Shown piece by piece: positions 26,655-34,961 of a DNA stretch of 64,000 nucleotides. Source of the DNA: a bacterium (GTDB taxonomy: Bacteria; Patescibacteriota; Minisyncoccia; Phycocordibacterales; JAGLPS01); assembly GCA_030690305.1 (NCBI GenBank), contig JAUYHB010000020.1:87535-151534 (forward strand). The letters run 5' to 3'. The notes below the pieces were generated by a model. The model ran no database searches and was not told the DNA's origin. It saw nothing but the letters and a program-made list of their open reading frames with translations. The translations under genes were made by a program, and so were the position numbers. Position 1 is the stretch's first letter; each line of letters starts with the position of its first letter.

Positions 26655-28919
26655 CTATGACGATATCTCACAGACTCCTCCGACGCAGGCGAGTTCTTTT
26701 GCTCCCATGGTTTCATCATCTTTTTCATAGACAACGATTTGGGAAAAATCTATTTTAGGAAGTTTCGAGAGAAGTTCTTCGTACCGTTCTTTTGTAATTT
26801 CTTCGTACGGCGCGAGTTTGTATACATGATTGTCACGGGGAAGGAAGGAGAGCCCTCCAAGGATGTCCCAGTTTTTGTATAGCCAGTTTGCTACTTCAAT
26901 CCACTCGTTATCACCGACATAAATCGTTACCGAAGGATTGTGCTCGGTGAAGTTTTCTTTTACCCCTTTCCAGTATTCCAATTGTTCAATTGCCGTTTTG
27001 TCATTTCGTAAAATGGCTCCATCAGGGGCTTTAACGGGAAATTCAAGGACATAGGTTGTGGCGTTTTCCTCGGATTGTCCGACTTCCGGATGATGAGGAA
27101 ACTTCTGGTCTTTAAACATCTGGAATAAAGGATCGGTAGTCGAAATGCGGACACGGCGAATGTAATACTGGGCATAACGGGGGTGCATGCCGGAGGCGGC
27201 GTCAACAAGCTGAGAAACGGTTCCTGACGGTTTTACGCATGTTACGCATGTTGAAGCATTTATTCCAAACCGTTCCGCATACTTCCGGTTTACTTCAACC
27301 GCTTTTGCTCTCATTTTCTTCAACGTCTCCGGATTTCTTACAGCCGGGCAATCCCATTGCCCTGTGATGGAAACCCCAAGAAGACGCTCTTCCTCGCAAT
27401 TCTTTTTCCATTCGGGGGAGAGATATTTAAACGATGTAAGAGTTGACTGGTATGTTCCGAGAATTGCCGCAAGTTCAACTTTCTCAAGCAGTGTTTTTTC
27501 CGTGTCTCCTTTGCGCGCAACCACTTCGGTGAGGTTACAAAACTGCTTTGACCGCAACACAATCTCTCCGCATGGATTTGTTCCCGAAGTTTCCGCATGT
27601 TTTGAAAACACTTTCCACCTACGTTCCGGCAACTGGACCTGTAGCCCTCCTCGGTTGAAAATTCCACGTTCACCCGAACCGCTTTTTGCGAGAGCTATCC
27701 ATTCATCCAAGAAGTCTTCGGCGCTCGGCTTTTCTATATATACGGCCGAATTGTTGGCCATAGAGCGTTGCGGGTACGTGAGGAAGAACTGACCTTTCTT
27801 GGCGTCCCTCATTTCGTTGTCATCAAGGTCGGAAAGGGAAATCAGGGCACTTCTTCGCACTCCTCCCGCAACTACCACCTCGCCGATTTTACAGACGATG
27901 TCGTGTACATTCAAATTGGTAAGGCGTTTCCCTTGACGTCCCATGATAGTTGCCCGAGAAAACTCAAGAAGAGAACGGAGCGGGTCGGGGCCGGAACTTC
28001 TTCCTCCCATGGTATTAAGGCGCGCTCCCGCAGGCCGAAGGCCCGAATAATCAAAATCAATATCCTTGCCGTTGTACCATGTCGTCAGACCCAACGTGAG
28101 CGCGTCGGCCCATCCTTCTTTACTGTCTTCAATAACATACGTTTTAAGTTTCTTTGCACCATTCTGGCGTTTAATGATAGGAAGTTTCTGGACAGTCTGA
28201 CTTTCCGCGGAAAAGCCGACACCTGTTCCGCACATCAAGAGATACATAACTTCTGCAAAGTCGCGTATTTTTTGTGGGGCGATGAACGAACAATTATACG
28301 CGGAGACGTTCGTGGTGCGTGCCGCTTTCCCGGCAGCCCACATGAGGCGCATTGACGGCATAACACGCTGCTCAAGTATCGCTTCCCGTATTTTAGCCAC
28401 ATCCTGCTTGGTTATTTTGTTCCCAAGATTTTCAGTCATGAAAGAGAGATAACGGTCCACGGTCTCAACCCATGTTTCCCGCCGCCCCTCATTTTCAATC
28501 CATCGTGAATAAGTACGATAATAAATAAATTCCGCCAACTCGTTTTTGAAATATTTTCTGCTTTCGGCAACAAGTTTTTGTACGTGCTCGGGTACAAGAC
28601 GTTTCTTAGCCCGGACTTGCATGCGTTCATTTCGATACAAGATGTATGCTTTTGCGGTTTTTGCATAATCTTTGGTAATGAAAATTTCTTCAACAACATC
28701 CTGAATTTCTTCTATGTGCGGCGTGTGTACGGGGAGGTATCTCCGATTGAGCTCGGCAATGACAAGATTGGAAAGTTTCTCCGCATCTTTTTCATTCCCT
28801 TCACCGGTTGATTCAATCGCCTTGAAAATAGCATTGGTTATTTTTTCTTTCTCAAAATGAACGCGGCGACCGTCGCGCTTTATTACTTCCGTAAAATGGG
28901 ACGTTGTTTTCTCAGGCAT
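26655..28919 (-). CDS. nrdJ: Class II (adenosylcobalamin-dependent) ribonucleotide reductase with N-terminal ATP cone
   Basis: VIKRDGR ATP cone, RTYSR, GGVRRSALI, GTNPCGE, KPSGTVS, C-terminal CVGGVC. Confidence 0.94.
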   Translation of the reverse strand: MPEKTTSHFTEVIKRDGRRVHFEKEKITNAIFKAIESTGEGNEKDAEKLSNLVIAELNRRYLPVHTPHIEEIQDVVEEIFITKDYAKTAKAYILYRNERMQVRAKKRLVPEHVQKLVAESRKYFKNELAEFIYYRTYSRWIENEGRRETWVETVDRYLSFMTENLGNKITKQDVAKIREAILEQRVMPSMRLMWAAGKAARTTNVSAYNCSFIAPQKIRDFAEVMYLLMCGTGVGFSAESQTVQKLPIIKRQNGAKKLKTYVIEDSKEGWADALTLGLTTWYNGKDIDFDYSGLRPAGARLNTMGGRSSGPDPLRSLLEFSRATIMGRQGKRLTNLNVHDIVCKIGEVVVAGGVRRSALISLSDLDDNEMRDAKKGQFFLTYPQRSMANNSAVYIEKPSAEDFLDEWIALAKSGSGERGIFNRGGLQVQLPERRWKVFSKHAETSGTNPCGEIVLRSKQFCNLTEVVARKGDTEKTLLEKVELAAILGTYQSTLTSFKYLSPEWKKNCEEERLLGVSITGQWDCPAVRNPETLKKMRAKAVEVNRKYAERFGINASTCVTCVKPSGTVSQLVDAASGMHPRYAQYYIRRVRISTTDPLFQMFKDQKFPHHPEVGQSEENATTYVLEFPVKAPDGAILRNDKTAIEQLEYWKGVKENFTEHNPSVTIYVGDNEWIEVANWLYKNWDILGGLSFLPRDNHVYKLAPYEEITKERYEELLSKLPKIDFSQIVVYEKDDETMGAKELACVGGVCEISS

Positions 28920-29469
28920 GATATTTTTCTGCGTTAAATGCCCATGACCGCATCATAGGCGCTGGTAATTGGCGTGTCTTTGTAAAAACTTCATATATAT
29001 AGCCCAACAGAGCCGTAAAACAAATGTCTCCGATGAGCATATTGCGAAAGAAAGGAAGCCCTAAGGCGTAGGCACTCATAAGTCCCTGTGCAGTTTTCGG
29101 ATACCAGTCGCTTGCAAGCCAGACGGCAAAATTTGTGATAAGAAAAAACGAGACTGCTCCACCCACTCCCGCGTATACAAGACTTGCGATGTTATTCTCA
29201 GAAATTTTTCCAAATACGCCGTACAGCACAAAAGACCCGTATACCGACACCACGACAAGCGGGTGGTAAAAGCCGATAAGCATGTCAGACACAAAAAGGG
29301 TTGAAAGTGTCAGTGCAATACTTTTGTAAAAACTCATCTGACGGCCAGAAACGATGCCAAGTGCACCAAGGGGCGTGATGTTGGGAATATGAGGAACAAA
29401 TCGGGAAATGAAAGCAAGCGCCACGACGGGGACGAAAAAAGAGAACATGCGCTTACTATGCTGTGTCAT
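28912..29469 (-). CDS. DUF6580/BtuM-like membrane protein, putative cobalamin S-component transporter
   Basis: RFVPHIPNITPLGA, SD..IGFY, FFLITNFAVW, LGLPFFRN; about 6 TM helices; overlaps the nrdJ start. Confidence 0.75.
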   Translation of the reverse strand: MTQHSKRMFSFFVPVVALAFISRFVPHIPNITPLGALGIVSGRQMSFYKSIALTLSTLFVSDMLIGFYHPLVVVSVYGSFVLYGVFGKISENNIASLVYAGVGGAVSFFLITNFAVWLASDWYPKTAQGLMSAYALGLPFFRNMLIGDICFTALLGYIYEVFTKTRQLPAPMMRSWAFNAEKYHA

Positions 29470-29474
29470 AATAC

Positions 29475-29915
29475 TTAAATTGAATATTGAGATTTTATAA
29501 ACTTCCATTCGACATATTCGTTTCCTTCAAGCGTATATGCCGAAGCGCCTACTTCCGGATGGGTGTGATTAACCCAAAACTCCCAATATTTGTCATCCTC
29601 TCCTCCTGTTTTATCGCCTATTTTCTTGATAAATACGCCAAGACCGGGGTAATCCTCAAATTCAAGAACAAAGGGGTTCACCTGGTCTTGCGAGCATAAT
29701 TTTAAGAGGTCAAAAGCGGTGGAGGATGACGGAAGAGTTTTCTCGCATGTAACAATGGCGCCGTCCGAATAATCAATCATTAGGTGAGCGACCCCTTCTT
29801 TTTGTTGCGTCGGAAAAGAAATTTTCTCCGGTAGCCACGAACTGCTCCCGACAACGAGTCCCGACAAAAAAGCGATGACGATGCCCGACGCAAACTGTAT
29901 GATTTGCTTGTTCAT
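29475..29915 (-). CDS. DUF4430 (transcobalamin C-terminal-like) membrane-anchored protein
   Basis: TAFDLL, GVFIKKIG, YWEFWVN, VGASAYTL, VEWKF. Confidence 0.85.
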   Translation of the reverse strand: MNKQIIQFASGIVIAFLSGLVVGSSSWLPEKISFPTQQKEGVAHLMIDYSDGAIVTCEKTLPSSSTAFDLLKLCSQDQVNPFVLEFEDYPGLGVFIKKIGDKTGGEDDKYWEFWVNHTHPEVGASAYTLEGNEYVEWKFIKSQYSI

Positions 29916-30370
29916 GATTGTGTATTGATTAGAAAAAAACTTGTGTCTATCTACTATACGCCGATAGACTACATGCGTCCTGTGGATAGGGAAGAGATTT
30001 TAAAAAAGCTCGTAAAAATCCCGCATTAGAGGAACGATAGAGCACATGAAAAAAAAGATGGCAAGGCGTTTTTCAGACCCCCGTGTCTTTTGTTCGCCCG
30101 TTTCCTTTTTATCTGTTGTAATAAAAAATTTTACCGGACGTTTTCTACACACTATTTTTCTTAAAATACACGTTGTGGTATCAAAAAAAGTGGCCTGTAT
30201 GAAAGCTATTTTAGCGGAGAGAAAATAGTATGCTCCACTTCTTTTCTATTGGAAACCCCCAACAAACCACTTTACATTAGGTATGTCCCGGTAGAATTTC
30301 ACAATGTTTAATGGTATCTTTTGGCTTAAATACTTAAGCACTTTCACATACCGTCTTTTAAAAGGAGGAG

Positions 30371-30760
30371 ATGATGGACAAGAGGAAAATTCTTATTGTT
30401 GATGATTTTCAAATTCATCACATCATTTATGAGAGAGCACTCAAAGACCACTTTGTAATTTTAAGCGCCTTCACTTGTGAACAAGCCTCTAATTTTCTTG
30501 TGAAGCATTCCGACCTTGATGTTATTGCAATTGACGCGTATCCATTGAATTTTTCGGTAATCGTTAATTTTGTTGTGAAGATACGGGGAGCCTATAAATA
30601 CAAGGGTCCGATGATTGCAATTTCAAACCATACCGACTGCCAAAAAGGCCTTCTTGCGGTAGGGTGCGATTACGAGTGTGAGAAGCCTCTGCACAAAGAA
30701 AGAGTTATTGAAATCCTCAACACCCATGCCGGCTCAACGCACAAACAAGCCAACCGATAA
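30371..30760 (+). CDS. Single-domain response regulator (CheY-like receiver)
   Basis: KILIVDD, phosphoacceptor D in VIAID, IAISN, EKP; SD AAAGGAGG. Confidence 0.8.
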   Translation: MMDKRKILIVDDFQIHHIIYERALKDHFVILSAFTCEQASNFLVKHSDLDVIAIDAYPLNFSVIVNFVVKIRGAYKYKGPMIAISNHTDCQKGLLAVGCDYECEKPLHKERVIEILNTHAGSTHKQANR

Positions 30761-30838
30761 AATCCGGTTGGCTTTTAGTTTATTGGGAATGAAAGAAAAT
30801 TGAAAAAACAGGTAAAGTAGGCTATTCTGACCTCACAT

Positions 30839-30911
30839 GGTGCCTATAGTGTAATGGTTAGCACTAGAGTTTGTGGAGCTCTCGGTCCCGGTTCAAATCC
30901 GGGTAGGCACC
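30839..30911 (+). tRNA. tRNA-His(GTG)
   Basis: Encoded G-1 and C73, anticodon loop TTGTGGA. Confidence 0.95.
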
Positions 30912-30942
30912 CCGATATTTTTTGGCGTATAATGTATTTCTA

Positions 30943-31110
30943 ATGGAAAACAGCATCGAAAAAACAAATAGGCATGTTGTTTTTTGGGTTATTACCGTTG
31001 CGATAGTTATTGCAATACTGGCGTTATGGGCTTTTGCTTCTTCCTTTTCCCGTACGCTTAATGCCGAGCCGCCTAAAGATGATATATCTCTTGAAGTTGA
31101 ACTTTTGTAA
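30943..31110 (+). CDS. Small single-TM protein
   Basis: 55 aa with one hydrophobic helix; TATAAT lies 9 nt upstream. Confidence 0.55.
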   Translation: MENSIEKTNRHVVFWVITVAIVIAILALWAFASSFSRTLNAEPPKDDISLEVELL

Positions 31111-31144
31111 AAAATCTTGAGATTTTTTTAAAAAGAGAAACAAA

Positions 31145-31170
31145 TAGTACAATAAACTAGTACAATAAAC
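31145..31170. repeat. 13-bp tandem direct repeat
   Basis: TAGTACAATAAAC twice, upstream of the SIMPL gene. Confidence 0.7.
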
Positions 31171-31215
31171 AAAATTATTAAGTAAGAAACTACACACATA
31201 CCCGTCTTGTAGGGT

Positions 31216-32028
31216 ATGGAAAAAATTATGAATAATAACGTCGATATGCAAAAATTAATAAAATTCGGTCTTTTTTTGGGAATAGTGCTCGCCTTTTTCT
31301 TGGTGACCACGTCCCTAAAGGTTATCAAGGAATATGGTTATGTCGGTGCCGATATTCCTCCCGTTAATACGGTAAGTTTTAGCGGTACGGGTGAAGTTGT
31401 CGTTATTCCCGACATCGCAACATTCACTTTTTCCGTGACGGAGGAAGCGAAAAACGTGAAAGATGCCCAAGACAAGGTAACGGAGAAAATAGATGTTGCG
31501 CTCGATAAGCTCAAAGGAATGTCGATTCCCGACAAAAATGTCAAAACCGTTTCATACAACGTGTATCCCAAATATGAATATGACAACACCGTTTGCACTC
31601 AATGGAGCTGTCCTCCGAGCAGAAGCACACTTGTGGGCTATACGGTGACACAAACGATTCAAGTAAAAATTGAAGATGTTGATAAGGCGGGTGAAATACT
31701 CGGTGCGATGGGCGGAATCGGAATTTCCGAAATCAGCGGACTTTCGTTTACGGTAGAGGACGAAGAAAAATACGCCCGCGAGGCAAGACAGAAAGCTATT
31801 GCTGACGCAAAAGAAAAAGCCAAAACTTTGTCCAAAGACCTCGGTGTCAGATTGCTTAGAGTCGTGAGCTTCTACGAATCCGGAAATTATCCTCCGATTT
31901 ATTACAAAGAAGCGATGGGGATGGGTGGTGCGGTAAGTGCCGATTCAAGTATGGCGGTTCCTTCCGTACCTACAGGCGAGAATAAAGTTATTTCAAACGT
32001 AACCATTGTTTACGAGCTCGGAAAATAG
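31216..32028 (+). CDS. SIMPL/YggE (DUF541) domain protein
   Basis: SGTGEVVVIPDIA, VYPKYEY, ARQKAIADAKEKA, PTGENKV. Confidence 0.9.
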   Translation: MEKIMNNNVDMQKLIKFGLFLGIVLAFFLVTTSLKVIKEYGYVGADIPPVNTVSFSGTGEVVVIPDIATFTFSVTEEAKNVKDAQDKVTEKIDVALDKLKGMSIPDKNVKTVSYNVYPKYEYDNTVCTQWSCPPSRSTLVGYTVTQTIQVKIEDVDKAGEILGAMGGIGISEISGLSFTVEDEEKYAREARQKAIADAKEKAKTLSKDLGVRLLRVVSFYESGNYPPIYYKEAMGMGGAVSADSSMAVPSVPTGENKVISNVTIVYELGK

Positions 32029-32048
32029 GAATCCGTGAAAATGTTTCC

Positions 32049-32078
32049 CAAAATACCCTGTATATACAGGGTATTTTG
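32049..32078. terminator. Perfect 30-bp palindrome, probable terminator
   Basis: CAAAATACCCTGTAT|ATACAGGGTATTTTG. Confidence 0.6.
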
Positions 32079-32105
32079 TTAGGCGTACCCAATGCCTCAA
32101 ACCGG

Positions 32106-32134
32106 TTTACTTTTGTTTCTTGAGGTGGTACTAT
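32106..32134 (+). promoter_or_regulatory. Sigma70 promoter of secE-nusG-rplK
   Basis: TTTACT-17 nt-TACTAT with an extended TG. Confidence 0.65.
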
Positions 32135-32261
32135 ATCTGTGACGCCTTCGGGGCGTTTTTTATTACGACAAGCGAGGAGTGTGTGGGCAGGTAGTCTCTC
32201 ACACAGCGTCCGAGTCGAAGTCGTAAAAAGGGGTGAATACACCTTTTATTACAAAAACACT

Positions 32262-32441
32262 ATGAGTATTATTGATTATATAAAAGAGACAAGAGGGGAA
32301 TTAAAACACGTAAGCTGGCCGACCCGTCGACAGGTTGTCGTGTTCACGGCGATTGTGATTATCGCATCGTTTGCTACCGCGTTTTTCCTTGGCTTTTTTG
32401 ACTTTGTTTTTTCACAAATCCTAGGAAAATTCGTCATTTAA
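32262..32441 (+). CDS. secE: Preprotein translocase SecE
   Basis: ELKHVSWPT followed by a TM helix, upstream of nusG. Confidence 0.95.
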   Translation: MSIIDYIKETRGELKHVSWPTRRQVVVFTAIVIIASFATAFFLGFFDFVFSQILGKFVI

Positions 32442-32445
32442 CATT

Positions 32446-32991
32446 ATGACAAAACAAAAAATTCAACAGGGCCGGAATTGGTATGCCATTCATACGTATG
32501 CCGGATACGAGAATGCGGTCATGCGAAACCTAAAACAGCGCATTGAGTCTCTGGGTATGGAAGGCAAGATTTTCAGTGTCATTGTTCCGACCGAGAAAAA
32601 AATAAAAATCAAAGGAGGAAAGCGGGTAGAGGAGGAAGAGAAAATCTACCCCGGCTACATTCTCGTTGACATGATTGTGACCGACGATTCTTGGTACGTG
32701 GTGAGAAACACCCCCCGTGTTACGGGGTTTGTCGGTTCCGGAGTCTACCCTGTTCCGATTGAACCCAAGGAAATCGAAGAATTGTTCAAACGAATGAATG
32801 CGGGGACGGTCAAGCACGATATCGCACTCTCTCCCGACGACACGGTAATGATTGTTGACGGTCCGTTTAAAGAACTTGAGGGCAAGGTAAGTCAGATTGA
32901 CGAAGAACGTGGGAAGGTCAAAGTACTTGTTTCGATGTTCGGACGAGAGACGCCTGTTGAACTTGATTTCTTGCAAGTTAAGAAAATTTAA
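32446..32991 (+). CDS. nusG: Transcription factor NusG
   Basis: WYAIHTYAGYE, YPGYILV, RNTPRVTGFVG, FGRETPVEL. Confidence 0.97.
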   Translation: MTKQKIQQGRNWYAIHTYAGYENAVMRNLKQRIESLGMEGKIFSVIVPTEKKIKIKGGKRVEEEEKIYPGYILVDMIVTDDSWYVVRNTPRVTGFVGSGVYPVPIEPKEIEELFKRMNAGTVKHDIALSPDDTVMIVDGPFKELEGKVSQIDEERGKVKVLVSMFGRETPVELDFLQVKKI

Positions 32992-33008
32992 TATATCCTC
33001 ACCTAATT

Positions 33009-33434
33009 ATGGCAAAGAAAGTAGTCAAAAAACTAAAATTCCAACTTCCGGCAGGAAAGGCCGTACCGGGCCAGCAAATCGGCCCCGCATTGGGCCAGGC
33101 AGGTATTAACATTGGTGAATTTGTCACGCGTTTTAACGAACTGACGAAGGCACAAATGGGCGAAACGGTAACAGCGGAAGTTTTGGTTCACGAAGACAGA
33201 ACATTTGATTTCGTCATTAAGACTCCTCCGACGACAAGCCTTATTTTGAAAGCCGCCAAGGTTGAAAAAGGTGCGGGAAAGAATCTTGTTACCAAAGCGG
33301 GCACAATTACCCGCGCGCAGGTCAAAGAAATTGCCGAAAAGAAAATGCCCGACCTGAATGCAAATGACATTGAAGCGGCGATGAAGATAGTCGAAGGAAG
33401 CTGCCGTTCGATGGGGATTGAAGTGAAAGGGTAA
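33009..33434 (+). CDS. rplK: 50S ribosomal protein L11
   Basis: IGPALGQAGINI, KTPP, KMPDLNA, SMGIEV. Confidence 0.97.
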   Translation: MAKKVVKKLKFQLPAGKAVPGQQIGPALGQAGINIGEFVTRFNELTKAQMGETVTAEVLVHEDRTFDFVIKTPPTTSLILKAAKVEKGAGKNLVTKAGTITRAQVKEIAEKKMPDLNANDIEAAMKIVEGSCRSMGIEVKG

Positions 33435-33446
33435 ATCTTAAAATGA

Positions 33447-33475
33447 AAAAGCCTCTGCACTACGCAGAGGCTTTT
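33447..33475. terminator. Bidirectional terminator after rplK
   Basis: AAAAGCCTCTGC-ACTAC-GCAGAGGCTTTT. Confidence 0.85.
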
Positions 33476-33487
33476 GTTTTTAAAAAC

Positions 33488-34156
33488 CTATTTTATTTTT
33501 ATTTCGGAGTCTTTGTACAATCTCGGCAACATCATTTCCGGTTTCCATTCTTTTTTCATTTTCTCGATCTGAGAATGAGTCTGATATTTGCCTTCTTTTG
33601 AATAATCTCTATCAAGAATTTTACCGGTCTTAAAAAAGATTATTTGAGCAACACGTCTCCCGACAACGAGAGGAATCGTATAGTGCGTGGAATTGTTGGT
33701 AATTTCCATTGTCCAACGATTCATATACCCCACATCGCCCCAGCCGGCGCATTTACAGACTTCAATGAAGCACCGTCCGAGAGACGACCGCGCTTTCATC
33801 ATCGTAGTGACAGTGTTTCTTCCCCCAATGAATTCATTGGTATGAGCAAGGATTGTTTCACCTGGCCGAAGGAATATCACACGATCTTTTTTCCCAATTC
33901 CGGAAAGTTTCTTGGGAGCCTTGGAAAATTTCCCTAATTTTTCAGCCCGGAAAGGCTTGCCCCACACTTCTTCAACATTTTCTTTTTCCCAGATATTGAA
34001 AAAAGGGTGATGGGGTTTGGGGGGTTGTTCTCTGTAGTAAAACTCCCCCAAAGTAACGTCGTAACTTGAAGTTGAGAGATGGTTCTTATTGAACGGGGAA
34101 ATAAGAATATTTCCCTTTTTTATCTCTCCCAGAATCTTTTTATCGGAAAGTGCCAT
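33488..34156 (-). CDS. dcd: dCTP deaminase
   Basis: LSDKKI, SYDVTLG, ARSSLGR, AGWGDVGY, TMEITN, GKYQ. Confidence 0.9.
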   Translation of the reverse strand: MALSDKKILGEIKKGNILISPFNKNHLSTSSYDVTLGEFYYREQPPKPHHPFFNIWEKENVEEVWGKPFRAEKLGKFSKAPKKLSGIGKKDRVIFLRPGETILAHTNEFIGGRNTVTTMMKARSSLGRCFIEVCKCAGWGDVGYMNRWTMEITNNSTHYTIPLVVGRRVAQIIFFKTGKILDRDYSKEGKYQTHSQIEKMKKEWKPEMMLPRLYKDSEIKIK

Positions 34157-34249
34157 ATATAGCCTCCTTTGGTTTTCAATGGTTTCTGTGTCTAAACACT
34201 GAAGCTAGCGTTTTTTGAATTTTTGTCAATCCAAAAGAAAATCCCGCAG

Positions 34250-34789
34250 CTATACAGCCGCGGGATGGTTTTTTCTTTTTTCAAAGGTGATGAAGCTGAA
34301 ACTTTGCTGTGTTTCGTTTCCTCCCAGATTATGGCACTCACGTTTTCCGGAATACCACTTGTCCATCGTAATTAGGGATGAAATTTTCATCGCCCCTTTT
34401 ACTATCCGACCACTTTGAGCGATATAAAGCCGTGACGCAAGAGGAAAAAATTCCTTGAAAATCTCTCCTCCTCCAACCGCAACAATTTCTTTCGACTTGT
34501 TGAGCCTGTGCGCCGTATCCAGGGCCTTAAGCGCAGAGTGGCATACTACCGAGCCTTTTACTTCAAGGCTGTTGCTCCTGCTTAAAACAATGAACGGGCG
34601 CCCAAAAACGAGCGGGTCGAAAGCGACTACGGACTCATACGTTCTTCTCCCAAAGATAATCGTTGCTTCACTTGCCACTGCTCCAAGCCAGCGCATGTTT
34701 GTTTCAAGAGTTCCGAGAGGGAAATCGGATTTTCTTCCGATTCTCCAGTTTTTGTCGACAGCGACCATAATTCCGATTTCCTGTCTCAT
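34250..34789 (-). CDS. folA: Dihydrofolate reductase-like protein with altered folate-binding residues
   Basis: VAVDKNWRIG, GRRTYES, IVLSR, GGGEIF, RLYI; the canonical PW...D motif reads PL...N. Confidence 0.75.
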   Translation of the reverse strand: MRQEIGIMVAVDKNWRIGRKSDFPLGTLETNMRWLGAVASEATIIFGRRTYESVVAFDPLVFGRPFIVLSRSNSLEVKGSVVCHSALKALDTAHRLNKSKEIVAVGGGEIFKEFFPLASRLYIAQSGRIVKGAMKISSLITMDKWYSGKRECHNLGGNETQQSFSFITFEKRKNHPAAV

Positions 34790-34961
34790 CCTTCGCCTCC
34801 TTTTAAAAGATTAAAGAACAATTTCCTTTCTATGAGGCTAATGATTTTCCGGCATTATGTCAAATTATGTAGTCCTTTGACGTAAGAGCCCAAAAAGGTA
34901 GTATGTTTCGAGAAACGTTATTTTTCTCTTTGATAATAAAAACCCAAAAGGAGGTTGTAAT

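Noticed and set aside
26655-28919. Intein or intron in nrdJ (also checked recA and polA)
   Set aside because: Lengths are normal, motifs are contiguous, and no C...HN splice junctions or LAGLIDADG motifs are evident.
30046-30228. 60-aa ORF in the nrdJ-operon upstream region
   Set aside because: No recognisable motif and low-complexity AT-rich sequence, so it cannot be supported as a gene.
29916-30370. Cobalamin riboswitch or NrdR boxes upstream of the nrdJ operon
   Set aside because: No AGGGAA/GCCACTG core on the coding strand, and only weak partial NrdR-like matches near 30147-30180.
32049-32078. LexA (SOS) box in CTGTATATACAG
   Set aside because: The spacer is 4 nt rather than the 8 nt of CTGT-N8-ACAG. 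Its position after a stop codon fits a terminator.
32163-32227. SRP (4.5S) RNA
   Set aside because: It contains CAGG but lacks the GNRA-capped helix and the AGCAG partner strand of SRP domain IV.
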